The position numbers and the translations under genes are program-made. Below the pieces are notes generated by a model. That model had not been told where the DNA came from and ran no database searches. It saw only the letters and a program-made list of their open reading frames with translations. From Welwitschia mirabilis (taxonomy: Eukaryota): 55,557 nucleotides of DNA. Shown piece by piece: positions 10,595-22,699 of the stretch (within the stretch, counting starts at the first letter, position 1; each line of letters starts with the position of its first letter). The stretch spans positions 46,056,356 to 46,111,912 of the forward strand of contig JBOZIK010000001.1 in the NCBI GenBank assembly GCA_051453625.1, written 5' to 3'.

Positions 10595-13500
10595 TCCCTT
10601 AGAGATTTTTATTCCCTTACATTGCCAATTAAAGGTCATCTTCTTCTTAACTTTCTGAGTTTTAGTTTTATTTGAGTTTTTATTATAAGTAAAACTAGTT
10701 GTGTATCTTTTAATAAAGTTACCACCTATATCCTTGTCAAAAAATGATTCTGAATATAAACTCAAATAAATCTATATTACTATAAAGCTATGATCAGTAA
10801 TGGATTCTAGTTGTTTTTCAATGATATCCAAACTAGTCCTTTTATTTTTGTTTGAGTATTTTCTTTTCTTTTTAATGATATGTACTAGTTTATTTCTAGT
10901 AAAACTTTAATTGATTCAAATTGGGGAGTTTAATGATCTAATCTAACAATTTAATTTCATTTTTTATATCTAATATTTTGTGTTGCAGTTCTAATGACTT
11001 TATTGTAGGTATAATTAAATCTAACATTGAGATTTAAAACCAAACCGAAATATAGAAATTTTTTTATCTATTTTTGATATAGTTCTATAAATTTTTTAAG
11101 GAAAATTAAAAACATTTAGAGTTTTTTCTAAAGTTGTAAATTTTTAAGTTATAGACATTTTAGGTTTCTGTTAATAATTTATTAGATCCTGTAATCTAAA
11201 ATATTTTATGTGGATTAAACAAATCTTGTTTTTTTTTCAAAACTTTTTCTTTAGACCAACTAGTGACTTTATCTTTCTAAGTAGTTGTACTGGTCTTTTT
11301 GCATCAATGACCTTGAAACTTTGACGAAAACTCTCAGAACCTCTCTAAAATTTCTTTGATCATAGACTTCCTCTAAAACTAAGAAAATTCTAGAAAATGT
11401 AAGCCCTCAACCTAAACCATGAACTAGTTTTTTAATCTTTAATAATGAATAAGGATTCTAATACATTTTAGATACCTTTCAATCTTAAATCTATCTATCT
11501 TTATAGTTTTTAGAATTATACACAACCAAAACATATTGTTGAAGATTTTTATTGACTTAGATAAACCTTTAAAGAGTATCCTCAATTCCATTCATACAAG
11601 AATTAACCTCCTTACAATTGTGAATTTCAAAATTTATATATCGACCCATAGAATTTTAATCACATACATTCCATTTTCCCTCATAATTTGTATCCATAAA
11701 TCTCATATTCATCATCCATTGATCCATACCCTTTATTTCCCTTTTAATATCCTTCATCAGTTAATCACTTTATATTACTTTCATATGCCTAACATTTCAC
11801 CTCACCTTCCTTCGAGGATACCTTTCAAATATTTCTATAATGTATTGCTAAGTCTTCTTTCAATACACTTAAATTTTGTTCCCAATCTTTGGAAGAATCC
11901 ACTAAGAAAATAAAGCAAAACATCAATAAAATGTTTCAACAAATAGCCAAAACCAATGAATAAATCTTAAGGTCTTTCAACTAATAAGAAAATGTACCTA
12001 CATTCCATGAATATAATAGCTTATAAATAATTGAAGGGATTAATGAGACTAGAATTGATGACATACAAATCATATTCCTTAGGAGTGAGGAATAGTCCCA
12101 TAATGAAACCAATGATGATAGGTAAGAAGACCTTGAATTTCAAAAAGCCTTAGAGAGTGATCGATTAGGTGCATTTAGATTGTACTTTAGAGAAGGATTA
12201 GATGCATTTAATTATGATTAATCTATAATTAGTGAGTAATCATTTGATAAAAATGACAAATTAGAAACCTATCCATCAAAGGATGAAATTGACATTGATG
12301 AAATAGAAAATAAACCTATCTTTGAATCATAATCATTATCACTTGTAAAACCATTTAAGAAAGAATTCATTAAGAATCTTAATAAGGAAGCGAATATTAA
12401 TCAAGATCCATTACATAATTCACCCTACGAAGACCCTTCATCTTTTTTCTTAACAGCATCTTAAACCAATTATGAATTTTTATCTTTACCTTTCAAGTAA
12501 AACACAAAAACTTAATGAAGAAGATAAATCATGAAACCTTTAGATCCATCTTCTAATACTATTTTTAATGATCATTTACCTTCTCTAATTGTTTTTAGTT
12601 CAACTCTATCTTAACTTCAAAATGATTTCTTGCATGAATTGTTAAGTAAATAAGAATAGACAAAGGTATCGATGGCTTTTAATTTCAAAAGAATCAATTT
12701 TACTACTTGCATTAATGTACTTTCCATTTTTATGGATTCATGTATAAATGTTTATAGGGATTTAATCTCTTTTTTGAATGTATTATATATATTCAACACA
12801 TCATTCAAAAATCACATTCATTATTTTAAAACTTCATGCATGTAATACCTTGGAAAATCCCTTGAAAACTTTTTAGTTTTATTGCACGTACTTAGATTAG
12901 AATTTTCTTGTAGCATAAATTTTTCTTTTAGAATAAATTTAGGTTTAAAAAAAATTAAAAATGCTTAAAAATTTTATGCTTGATGCTCTTTCATGCCTCA
13001 AGATACCCAAGCACTTTCATCTATATAATCATAGATTTAAACATTTTTAGGTAGAAAAACCCAAAATTTGATCCTCACCACTAAATCATCATTATCTTAG
13101 ATCCCATTTTCCATCCCTTTCATTTTCATGTTTCCAAACAAAATTCATCATCCACTCTCCTCTTCCATCCATCAATGAGTTTCTAAGATTGGATGATCCT
13201 AGTTAATAACCCTTAAGTAAATAAACTATTAATAAGTAATTGCTTTTTTATTTCAAAATAGGTAGAATTTAAGTTTACATGTAGCTTTTTAAGAAAGAGT
13301 TTTTGATTATTTTTGAGTTAACTTATTAAGGGTTAGTCTCACTTAAGATCTTCTAAATAAAAACTATGGTTGAATTAAGGTGGAATATACTTTCATGCTA
13401 AGTTAATTATTTTTAAGGCATTTTATAGAGAAAAGAATTATCTTGATTAGGCTACTGAGCTAATGAATCCTTTATGTGCATAAAAAATTATTGAATATGA

Positions 13501-15799
13501 GTAACATTATTAAAAAGAAAATGAAATATCTCCTCTTCACAAGCACATTAATTATTGAGTAGTTAAAAAAGGGGTTTTTTAACTACATCAAGGTCATAGA
13601 TGCTCAAAAGTAATGCATCTTTAATGATTTATTCTATGATATGTTCAACTTCATCAAGACTATAAATACTCACTGACAATGCAACATTGACTCCTACATA
13701 TATCAACATGCCTAACTCTATTGAAAGAAAATGTTATAACACTAAATTTACAGTTTAATTAAAATTCTTGAAACCAAGAACAAAGCATGATTATAGAAAG
13801 GGTAAATTAAAATTAAGAAGGTGGAATTGAGAGATGCTTTTGTGTTTACTTTTCTTAACCTGTGTACCTATAAATTTGCTTAAGTAATTTTTGATGGCTT
13901 ATAGGTTTACATAGATGATATCTTATTTGTTTGACATTATGATCCTTTTAAATTTCAAATAAAGTTTGAGAAATTTTTAATAAATATAGCCAACAATTTA
14001 GGTAATCTATCTTTTCAATTTGTAGATGATGGAGTTGCATTAGATTTTATGATTTTTTTCCCTTAGATTGAATTATGATTTTTTCTAAATAATTACATCA
14101 TCATTAAACCTTATGTAAAATTCTCTATTTTTGTAACTTCGAGGATAAATTTCAGTTTTGGTTGGGGTATGACATTCACTTTCACATAAAAAAAGAAATA
14201 ATTTTAAATCCTAATTTTAAAAAATTGACCAAAATTTTTTAAAAATATCATATCATTTTCTTACTTGCCATTTTCACTTAGTCAATTTTTACATGTCACC
14301 ATTTATTCATTAACATTTTTCTAAGGGACTAGTAAAAGGCTAGTTAGAGGATGTGTTTACACATAAAAATTGACATTATAAGCAACTATAATTGATAAAT
14401 TTAGCCTAGGGATAAATATTAAATTCATGATTTTATTACATTTAATGTCTTTCATTCTTTTTATTACTTTTGCATGAAATTATGGATTTACCTTAACATG
14501 GGAAAGTATATTATGCCCTTTAGAAAAACTATGCATAAACTAACCAAATTTTATTACCAAATGTCATGTTGCTAAAAAGGACTATAAATGTTTCCATCCT
14601 TCTAATGAAAACTACTGTAAAACTCATGTTCCTAAATCTGTTTTATGAAATAATGGCACTACACTTATGGGCCAAGTCATAATTAAATCTAAATAAATCT
14701 TTAAACTTGATAAAACATGGTGAAGTATAAGATAACATGTTGCAGTAACATTTGCTAACAACAAGAATGATCATGTACAAGAAACATGACATGGAATCTA
14801 TTGGTAACATCATCAATGGTTAAAGAATGCATCATCGTCATGTTTGCATTAAAAGACAAAGGAATCCTCTTTATGATTACATGCTAAATATTTGTAACTT
14901 TCTCCTTATATAATCATCCTTAAGTAATTTCCTTTATGTAACGTTTACCTAATGAAATTATGACTTAGAATCTAACATTAACCTCATCTATAAAATAACC
15001 TTGAACACTCATTGTAAACATCTTTTAATTAGCTTAACATTGAGAAGACTTAGAGGCTAGGATGTCATGGTGCTCTAATACTCTTTCTTGGGGGCAAAAT
15101 AATCCAAGGCTAGTTGAGGAGTCTTTCTTCTTCATCCTTTTCCAATGATGTAATGTGTATTTATTTTAGATTTTATTAAAGAAATTTTTTAAATCCCTTC
15201 ATTAGTATTACACATTTCAATTGACATTAGCAATATTTAGGTAGAACTAGTTATTTAGTAGGTTTCATTCTTTTATTATTAATACATAGAAATAGGTATT
15301 AGCAATTTTTAGTATATCTTCCTTAATTATTAAGTTCTTTCAAACTATGTGAATTATTTGAGGTACTTTTGTGAGTTTTTAGTTCCTATTATTTAAGGAA
15401 TATTATGAACTTTAATTCATATCTTTTTGCTTATAAAGGGCTATGAAGTATTAGGAGGATTGGATAACTCACCAACACTTATGTGGTGGATGAGATTATG
15501 CCTTCATGTCAAGCCTTAACAACTTGATAATTTAGTTTTAGATTTAGAATAAAGGAATTTATGGAGCAAAAGTATAGAGTTAGATGAATTGATTAATCCC
15601 TTGGAGAATTTTTGTTCCCTTGTATCACCAATTGAAGATCATTTTCTTCTTGACTTTCTAATTTTTAGTTTTATTTGAGTTTTTATTATAAGTATAATTA
15701 ATCATGTATTTTTGGATGAAGTTACCACATATATCCCTATGGAAGGATGATTTTGAGTGTAAACTCAAATAAATCTAGATAACTGCAAAGCTATAATCA
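10595..15799 (+). mobile_element. Pol-less (internally deleted or non-autonomous) Athila-like gypsy element; 5' LTR interrupted by Sirevirus A
   Basis: 10595-10796 aligns with 15597-15799 and both end in ATCA. PBS-like TGG at 10801; gag-like QIIFLRSE at ~12067; PPT-like TTTTGGTTGGGGTA at 14156-14169; no RT motifs seen. 14173-15145 may be a further insertion in the 3' LTR. Confidence 0.6.
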
Positions 15800-17475
15800 T
15801 TAAGTAATGAAAATTTTACTTCTCACATTCATTCATTTTTTGACAGTGTACAAATCCTTTAAGAATTTAGCATAGAAAGTATTTGTTTAATGGATTTTAA
15901 AAGAGGAATATTTATCCTTACTTTCTTAAAAATATCTAATGCTTCTTATTTATTTTTAGCTAATTAATATTTTTTAAAGCATAGAGATTCTTTACAAGTT
16001 GGGACAACTTCTCTTAATTTATGTTTCTTCTTTATTTTTTTCTTGTTGTTAGGATAATTTTTTAGTACTTCTTCTTCTTGGATTATTTCTCTTCCATCTC
16101 TTTGTTGATTTATTTTCCATTTCTTAATTATATAACCTTGGTTTTCTAAATTTATGTATTCTCTATTAATTTAACTATCAGGTCTAGGCTCATGTATAGT
16201 AGAAAGCTTATCCTTTTAACATTATTTGAGTGATGTAAGGATATAGTAGTGGTTTGACTTAGTTATTATATTTCTTAATCTAATGCTTGCAATGTAAAAG
16301 GGGTTTGTTGATTGTTGTTATCAGGTATTGATGTAATATTGATTTTCTATAAAGTTATGAAGTGTATCCTTTAAAGAGTTAGAAGTTGAGAAGGATTTAA
16401 ACTCTTAGATTAATTAGTTGAGGCTTGTCTAGGGTTATCTAATTTTCATAAGAAGTTTTCATGATCTCCATCTAGGTTGTGAATATTAGAGTACTTATTA
16501 TTTGCTAGTTCATTTTACCATTATTGTCCTTTAATATTAACTTATTCTTTTACCACTCTTTGGAACATGAAAATGGGTGGGTAATCTAAGGCTTTATAAT
16601 TATTAAAAAAAATTATTATAATGAAGTAATGGAGTCATGGGCTTAGGGTTTGTATTAAGAGTCTCAGTCTTCTTAAAAAGATCTTTTAACTTTTGATTGA
16701 CCTCATTCTTATTAGGAATATAAAGTTACTAGTGAATCTAATAGGTTGTTATAATCTTTTTGGCTTATTAATATTCTTTCAATTCTTAAATATTTTAGCT
16801 ATCATTTGAAGGAAATCCCAAGCTTCATTAATTTATAGGTCTAGAAATATTCCTCTACATATCGTCTCCACAAGTTACTTATAGTTAGATGAGTGTCCTT
16901 CATAAAGGAAACTTATGGCTCTTCCCTATTTAAAACTATGTTGTGGGCATTTAAAAAGTAGATCTTTAAATCTTTAAAGGGTGTGTAGAAGAATATTTTA
17001 CTATTCCTTTATTGGAACTTTATGATCTCTAATCTAATGGCATTGGTCTTATATTTAGGGAAGAATTTTCTAATGGAAACAAGATTAATCTAAGTGAATT
17101 AGACATATTACACTCAAACTCCTTAAGATGTATGTACAGAATTCTTAAACTCTAAATCATGGAAATGTGAAATAAGTTAAATAAGTACTAGTTTAAAGTT
17201 AATTTTCTTAGCATTAGATGATTGGATAATACAAAAGGTTATTCCTAGACATTATGGTTAGAGATATCCTTTCAAAGTTCTTGTAGATTGGTTGAAGTTT
17301 TATATACTTTTAAAGTTGTTTTAGCTTTCTAAAAATATCTCTTGTGACTAGTTTTTAGGATTTATTTCTATTTTAGAATTGAGAGGGATTTAGTGCAATC
17401 TACTTTTAAATGTTCATTTCCAATTTATAAAATGTAAGAAAATAGTCAAAATTGGTTACATTTCTAGATGTACAT
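15800..17475 (-). pseudogene. gag: Athila-type gypsy gag, truncated before the protease
   Basis: Minus-strand motifs FHDLE...HLKEFE (~17110-17165), KFFPKYKTNAIRLEIIKFQ and RFKDLLFKCPQH (~16935-17070), and DIFKKVRINIPLLKSIKQI/YAKFLKDLYTVKK (~15835-15940). Confidence 0.88.
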
Positions 17476-18258
17476 AATAACTGAAAATATTCAAGATGAT
17501 GTAATCATAATATTGATAAAAGATGAAGATATTTTAACATAAGAGACTATATATATCATTTAAGAAAGATAACGACGCTATTGAAATGGCAAAAAAAGGT
17601 TTTAGTGTAGCTCTCAGGATGATTAACATTCTAAGATAATAGGTCATTACAAGTAACTAATAAAAATAGTGTGAATATAGACCCTGGAAAGTGGTAACGC
17701 AAAAATGAAAGCTCTAATGTAATGCAATGCAAGAAATAAAAAATGCAAAAATAAATAATGCAAATACTAAAAAACTTCCCTATTAATGAAGTCATTCTTC
17801 AAAAATTATCTTTGCCTGTCTACTAAGGAAGTCACCTAAGATAGAGAAGGAAAGAGATAAGAAAAGATATGATGAAGAGATAAGATGAATAGAAGAAAGA
17901 ATTTTTTAATATTTTCTTAGATGTCTTTTATTTTAATTTGTAAAAGATTAACTCCTATAAAAAAATTTAATATACTATAAAATATTTGCAAGAAAAAAAT
18001 AAATAAAATAAAAATAAAAAGGAAAAAAAGAGAAATAATTTAAAAAAAAAAGAAAAAGGAGTTATGAGATCAGATTCTATTGACCAAGTGCTAGGCATAA
18101 TTAACATCAATTCACTATTGATAAAAAGGAAAAAGAAAAAAAAAGGCACTAAAAAGGGACTAGTATAAAATAAAAAAAATAAAAAATAAAAATAAAACTT
18201 TAAAAAGGATATAAGAAAGTAAATTTTGTGCATGTTCCACTATAGCTAAGTACCACTG

Positions 18259-18276
18259 TCCCTGGCAATAGTGTTA
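18259..18276 (-). promoter_or_regulatory. Decayed Athila-type tRNA-Asp primer binding site
   Basis: Minus strand TAACACTATTGCCAGGGA differs from TGGCGCCGTTGCCGGGGA only by G>A and C>T changes; lies upstream of the gag. Confidence 0.75.
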
Positions 18277-18282
18277 AAAAGC

Positions 18283-19610
18283 TACACGTGGTAAATTCTG
18301 GCAATGTTTGTATCTACTGATAATGTATGGTAAATAGCAATATCATCCTAGGAACATAAAAATTACATGGCTAAACCTAGCTTTAACTAATAATATCAAG
18401 ACTTTTATTTATAGCATAATACTAGTGTTGTTCTTACATAGAGATAGATAACAAGAGCTATTAATAAAGCAAGCATAATAATAATGAATATAAGAGAGTG
18501 AAATTATATAAGACATTTAGGAATGAGACATAACATTTAAACTAGGATAATAAATTCATGGAAATCATAAGTACTAAAGTAAATTCATGTAGCTTTTGCT
18601 CCACCTCAAGCATGGCATAATCTTATCCACCATAAACATAAGGCTCATGTAGTTCTAGCTCAAGCACAATAGCATAATGTCATCCATCATAGATGTAAAG
18701 GTGATATATCCAAGCCAACTAGATTTTATAGCAAGAATAAAATAAGCATTAAAAGTAGGGGTATCCTAAGACCCATTAAATAAACGTTCATGTTATGCAA
18801 GCTAGAAGGAAAAAAAATAAAAGCGAAAAAAACCTTAAAGTAATAACATGCTTAGTCAATCCTAAGTATAGCAAGTATGAAATCCATAACAACTTGATTT
18901 TAAAGCAATGCATCAAGAACATGTAACATTTTATTATAAGAAAAGTAAAAGTATACAATTTATGAAGGTACTGATACTAAACTAAAAAGTATCATGCTAG
19001 ATTAGTGGCTAGTCCATCCCAGTGGGAGGCTTAGACATAACTCATGAATAAAGCTTCAATATCTTGCACAATATGGTAACGATATTATTTCCTTCAACTG
19101 AAGGAAGAAAAGGTATTTAGATGCTAGAATTAGGGTTTAAAATTAGGATTTTAAAATCCTAATAATGTTATTCTTTAAAATTCCCAAAGTGCATGGGATC
19201 ATCCTTTAGTCATGGGATTAAATTAAGGAAGTCTTTTTTAGAAAATTTTCCTCATTCACTTTCTATTTTAAAAAATTCTCAAAATTGATTGCTTGTATTG
19301 AGAAAGCCTAGGAATATAGTTATGAATCCATTTTAATCATATTAACTAGATCCACCACTCTTAGAACTAGATTCAGTGCCAATAATGCTTGGCATAGTTC
19401 CATCTTTCATCGATTTAAATATCCTATAAAATAACTATGTTAAGGTAGATTATTAGTGGAACTAGATTTTCATGGATTTAAACATAATAAATACATAAAA
19501 CTATTGTAATAATTAATTAATCATGCTAAAAACACTTAAATTCTTTGATGTGATTATTAATTTTTACATGTTATTACCTAATAAATTAAAATATATCTTT
19601 ATCCATGACA
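18283..19610 (-). repeat. Probable 5' LTR of the minus-strand Athila element
   Basis: Non-coding ~1.3 kb directly upstream of the PBS, ending ...TTTATCCATGACA. No partner LTR in the window, so boundaries are approximate. Confidence 0.55.
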
Positions 19611-19699
19611 ATTTTAGAAATCCTTTGATTATTTCATCATCTATCTATAATTGAAGAAGCTCAAGTAGTTGATATGATAATAAAAAATATTAATGATTT

Positions 19700-21150
19700 T
19701 TCATGAACTCATAAATAGTTATATGGAATTCATTCCAAAATTATTCAACACAAAATCTATCTAGAGGGAAACATAAAGCGTATATGACAAGAACAAAGGA
19801 GATTGAATGTAGTATTGAGGTAAGTTACTAAAGAGGAAATAATTACATTACTTAGTATTCATATCCTTTACTCTATTTCTTGATAGTAAATGGTTAATCC
19901 TTTATCTATAATCCCTAAAAAATAAGAAAAAACAATAATATTCATTGATTTTAGAAAACTGAATAGATCTACAAAGAAAGATCATTTTCTATTACCATTT
20001 TTATATAAAATTTTGGATTGATTATAGAGTCATGAATATTATTATTTTTTAAATTGCTATACTTGGTATAACCAAATTTTCTTTATAGATGAGGACTAAT
20101 CCAAAACCACTTTGACCTCACATTTTGGAAATTATGCTTATAGATAAATGTTCTTTGGCGTGTGCAATTATCTAGGTACCTTTTAAATGGCTACATTAGG
20201 CATCTCTACTAGCATATTTAAAGAATGTATTAAAGTTTTTATGAATGATTTTTCTTGATGGAAAGATCACTTTACCTAAAACTTAAAAATTCTAAGAAAC
20301 ATTTTTGGATAGATGTATAGAAATAATCTTAAAATTGCATTAGGAAAAGAATGTATTTTCAGTTAAAAAAAAGTTATCCTTAGTCATATAGTGTTAAACC
20401 AGTGATTCACATGACCTTTCAAAAGTTTAAGTCAATAAGAATATGGTATCATAAACTAATTTAAAGTAAAGTAAATCATTCTTAGGTCATGTTGTATTTT
20501 ATATGAGATCTATAGAAGGATTTCAAAAATTTGCAAATCTCTTTATCAATTACTAGAGAAAGATGTCAAATTCAAATGGACTAGTTCATGTCAAGAAGTT
20601 TTTCAATGATAAAAAAGCAAATATCAATTAAACCCATTTTTATTAGATTAAATTAATTTAAAAATTCAAAATGCTTATGTAACACTAGTGATAATGCTTT
20701 AAGTGAAGTCTCAGAACAAAAGGATAGTAAAACATTTTCTATAATTGCCTATTTTAGCAAAACTCTTTTTGATGCTTAACTTAATTATATAATTATCGAA
20801 AAAGGGTTACTATAAATTATCCATTCCCTTGAGAAGTTCTATCATTATCCTATATAATACCAGACCAACATTTGTACTAACTACTAATCACCTATAACCT
20901 TATAACCAAAGAAACTATGGAAGCTCATCTTATAATATAGATTTTATTTCTTTAAGAATTCAAATATAAAGTAAGAAAAGAGAATGTTATCACTAATCAT
21001 CTATCATAACTACCACTTTCACTATTTTCTATGAATCATTTAGTTATTAAAGTTAAATTCTCTAATGAGAATTTAATTATCATGCAAAAATTAAAAGAAC
21101 AATACTTGAAACATCCTTATCCTTTGTATGCAAATATTTTCAATTATCTA
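19700..21150 (+). pseudogene. pol: Heavily decayed gypsy RT-RNase H fragment (non-chromovirus)
   Basis: FIDFRKLNRSTKKDHFLLPF (~19940-20000), KTTLTSHFGNYAYR*MFFGVCN (~20103-20168), IKVFMNDF (~20229), RNase H-like LM*...SDNAL..V..QK (~20675-20720). Confidence 0.8.
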
Positions 21151-21405
21151 ATTACCTTGAAAAATCCTCTAGGCTCCATTACAATGTATTTCTATATTGA
21201 ATAGATAAATATGAATTAGTCTCATCCTTTTATATAAAATATGAGAAGATCAAATCATGAGGAGATAAACCCCTAAATGAAAACAAGAATGAGTTATTCA
21301 GTGATACCATAAAGAAGTTTGTGAAATACATTTTACTAAAAAAATAGTTATAAATATCTTTCATGTGAAATTCTATTCGTCTATTGGAATTTGGATGATA
21401 GGCAT

Positions 21406-21460
21406 GCTTTGATACCATGTTAGAATTAAGTGTAGAAGTGATTTAATACCATGTTGGAAT
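21406..21460 (-). mobile_element. Two closely spaced Met-PBS/LTR-end junctions of a small LTR element fragment
   Basis: GCTTTGATACCA|TGTTAGAAT at 21406 and GATTTAATACCA|TGTTGGAAT at 21440 (reverse complement of LTR-CA followed by TGGTATCA(G/A)AGC). Confidence 0.5.
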
Positions 21461-21648
21461 TTGTTAAAAACATTTTATTTAATAATACATAGATAATAAT
21501 AAATATTAAAATCATAAATTATAAAGTTAAAATTAATATTAAAAAATCATTTGAAAGTGGCTTTATGTGGCTTAGAAAAACCACATGCCCAAAGGAAAAT
21601 TCCCATTTTAAAGTGTTAGTTAATAGAATAAGATGGTACATAAGGATT

Positions 21649-22463
21649 TGATGACTTAGAAAAGAATGTACATTTATGATATGTTTCTAATGAAGAATAT
21701 GACAAACTATTAGCCAATATTATGATATTATTATAATATATTATGAGTTATTATAAGCTAACTTTATGATGCAGATCAGTTAAGGGGAGATGTTCTATAA
21801 AAAGGATAGTACTTACCACAACTAAATAGGTGGCACAAAGAAAGGGATAACAAACTTTCTACCACTGCACATATAAATAGGCACATAGCAGAAGGCTTGG
21901 TGATCTTTTTGGAGTCTTGGAGAAAAGATGAAAAACACATTCAAGTGAAGATATCATAAGAGTAAGAGATAGAAAGTGACTTCTTAAAGCTCTAATGCCT
22001 ATTGTGAAAACAAAGGGAAGTTAATTTTTGTATTTTCTTGTCAAGTAATACAAGCTATGTTATTCTAAAAATAATCTTATATTGCTGAACTATATAATTT
22101 GAAAAAGTTGTATGCTATCTTTTCTTACTCTTAATATTGATAATAACTAAAGTTGATATTAAGATAATGTACAAGTTAGAAATAATGAACGTAGGTGATT
22201 TGGTTGTGTTTTCTCTATTTTAGTTCTTTTCGTTTCCTCATGTTCTATAGTTCATGTCCTAATCTAAAGTCTTTATTGTGAGTCAAAAGTAGGAAAAAAT
22301 AAATCCCCTTATAAAACTTTTAATGATTTAAGTCTGTGTAATTATGATCATTTATGCTATATGTTTTTCCAGCATTTTATTAATATTTTAGTTTCTTTTT
22401 AAGCATTTCATTGGATCTAGTTAACTGTTTTATAGCATTTTTAGTTAAATTCTAGGCTTATCA
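21649..22463 (+). repeat. 5' LTR of the large gypsy element
   Basis: TGATGAC...GCTTATCA; aligns along its length with 35713-36595 (~80% by eye). Confidence 0.9.
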
Positions 22464-22466
22464 TTT

Positions 22467-22484
22467 TGGTGCTAGAATGAGGGC
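22467..22484 (+). promoter_or_regulatory. Putative primer binding site, tRNA unassigned
   Basis: TGGTGCTAGAATGAGGGC begins 3 nt after the LTR end. Confidence 0.65.
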
Positions 22485-22699
22485 ACTTCTAGGCTTTTTT
22501 AAAAAGAAATGAAGGAATTTTTAAATAAAAACAACCATGAATAATAGAGGGATGTAAAAGGGAAATACATCCAAAACCTTAAGAAATACAAGTTAGAAGA
22601 AGAAACTGGTAATATAAGAGTACAAAAAAAAAGTTAAACCCTACGACTTGATGGAGGACATGAAAACAGTTAAAAGAGGTCAAATGTAATTACAATAGA

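Noticed and set aside
11536..11913. 125 aa His/Pro/Ile-rich ORF as a host gene
   Set aside because: Non-ATG start, lies inside an LTR element interior, and has no recognisable domain.
17967..18233. Phe-rich membrane-like ORF (also 1609-1857)
   Set aside because: Products of T-rich low-complexity retroelement UTRs, with no sign of a real gene.
21540..21640. Cassandra TRIM with 5S rRNA-like LTR
   Set aside because: No 5S A-box/C-box core sequence is visible.
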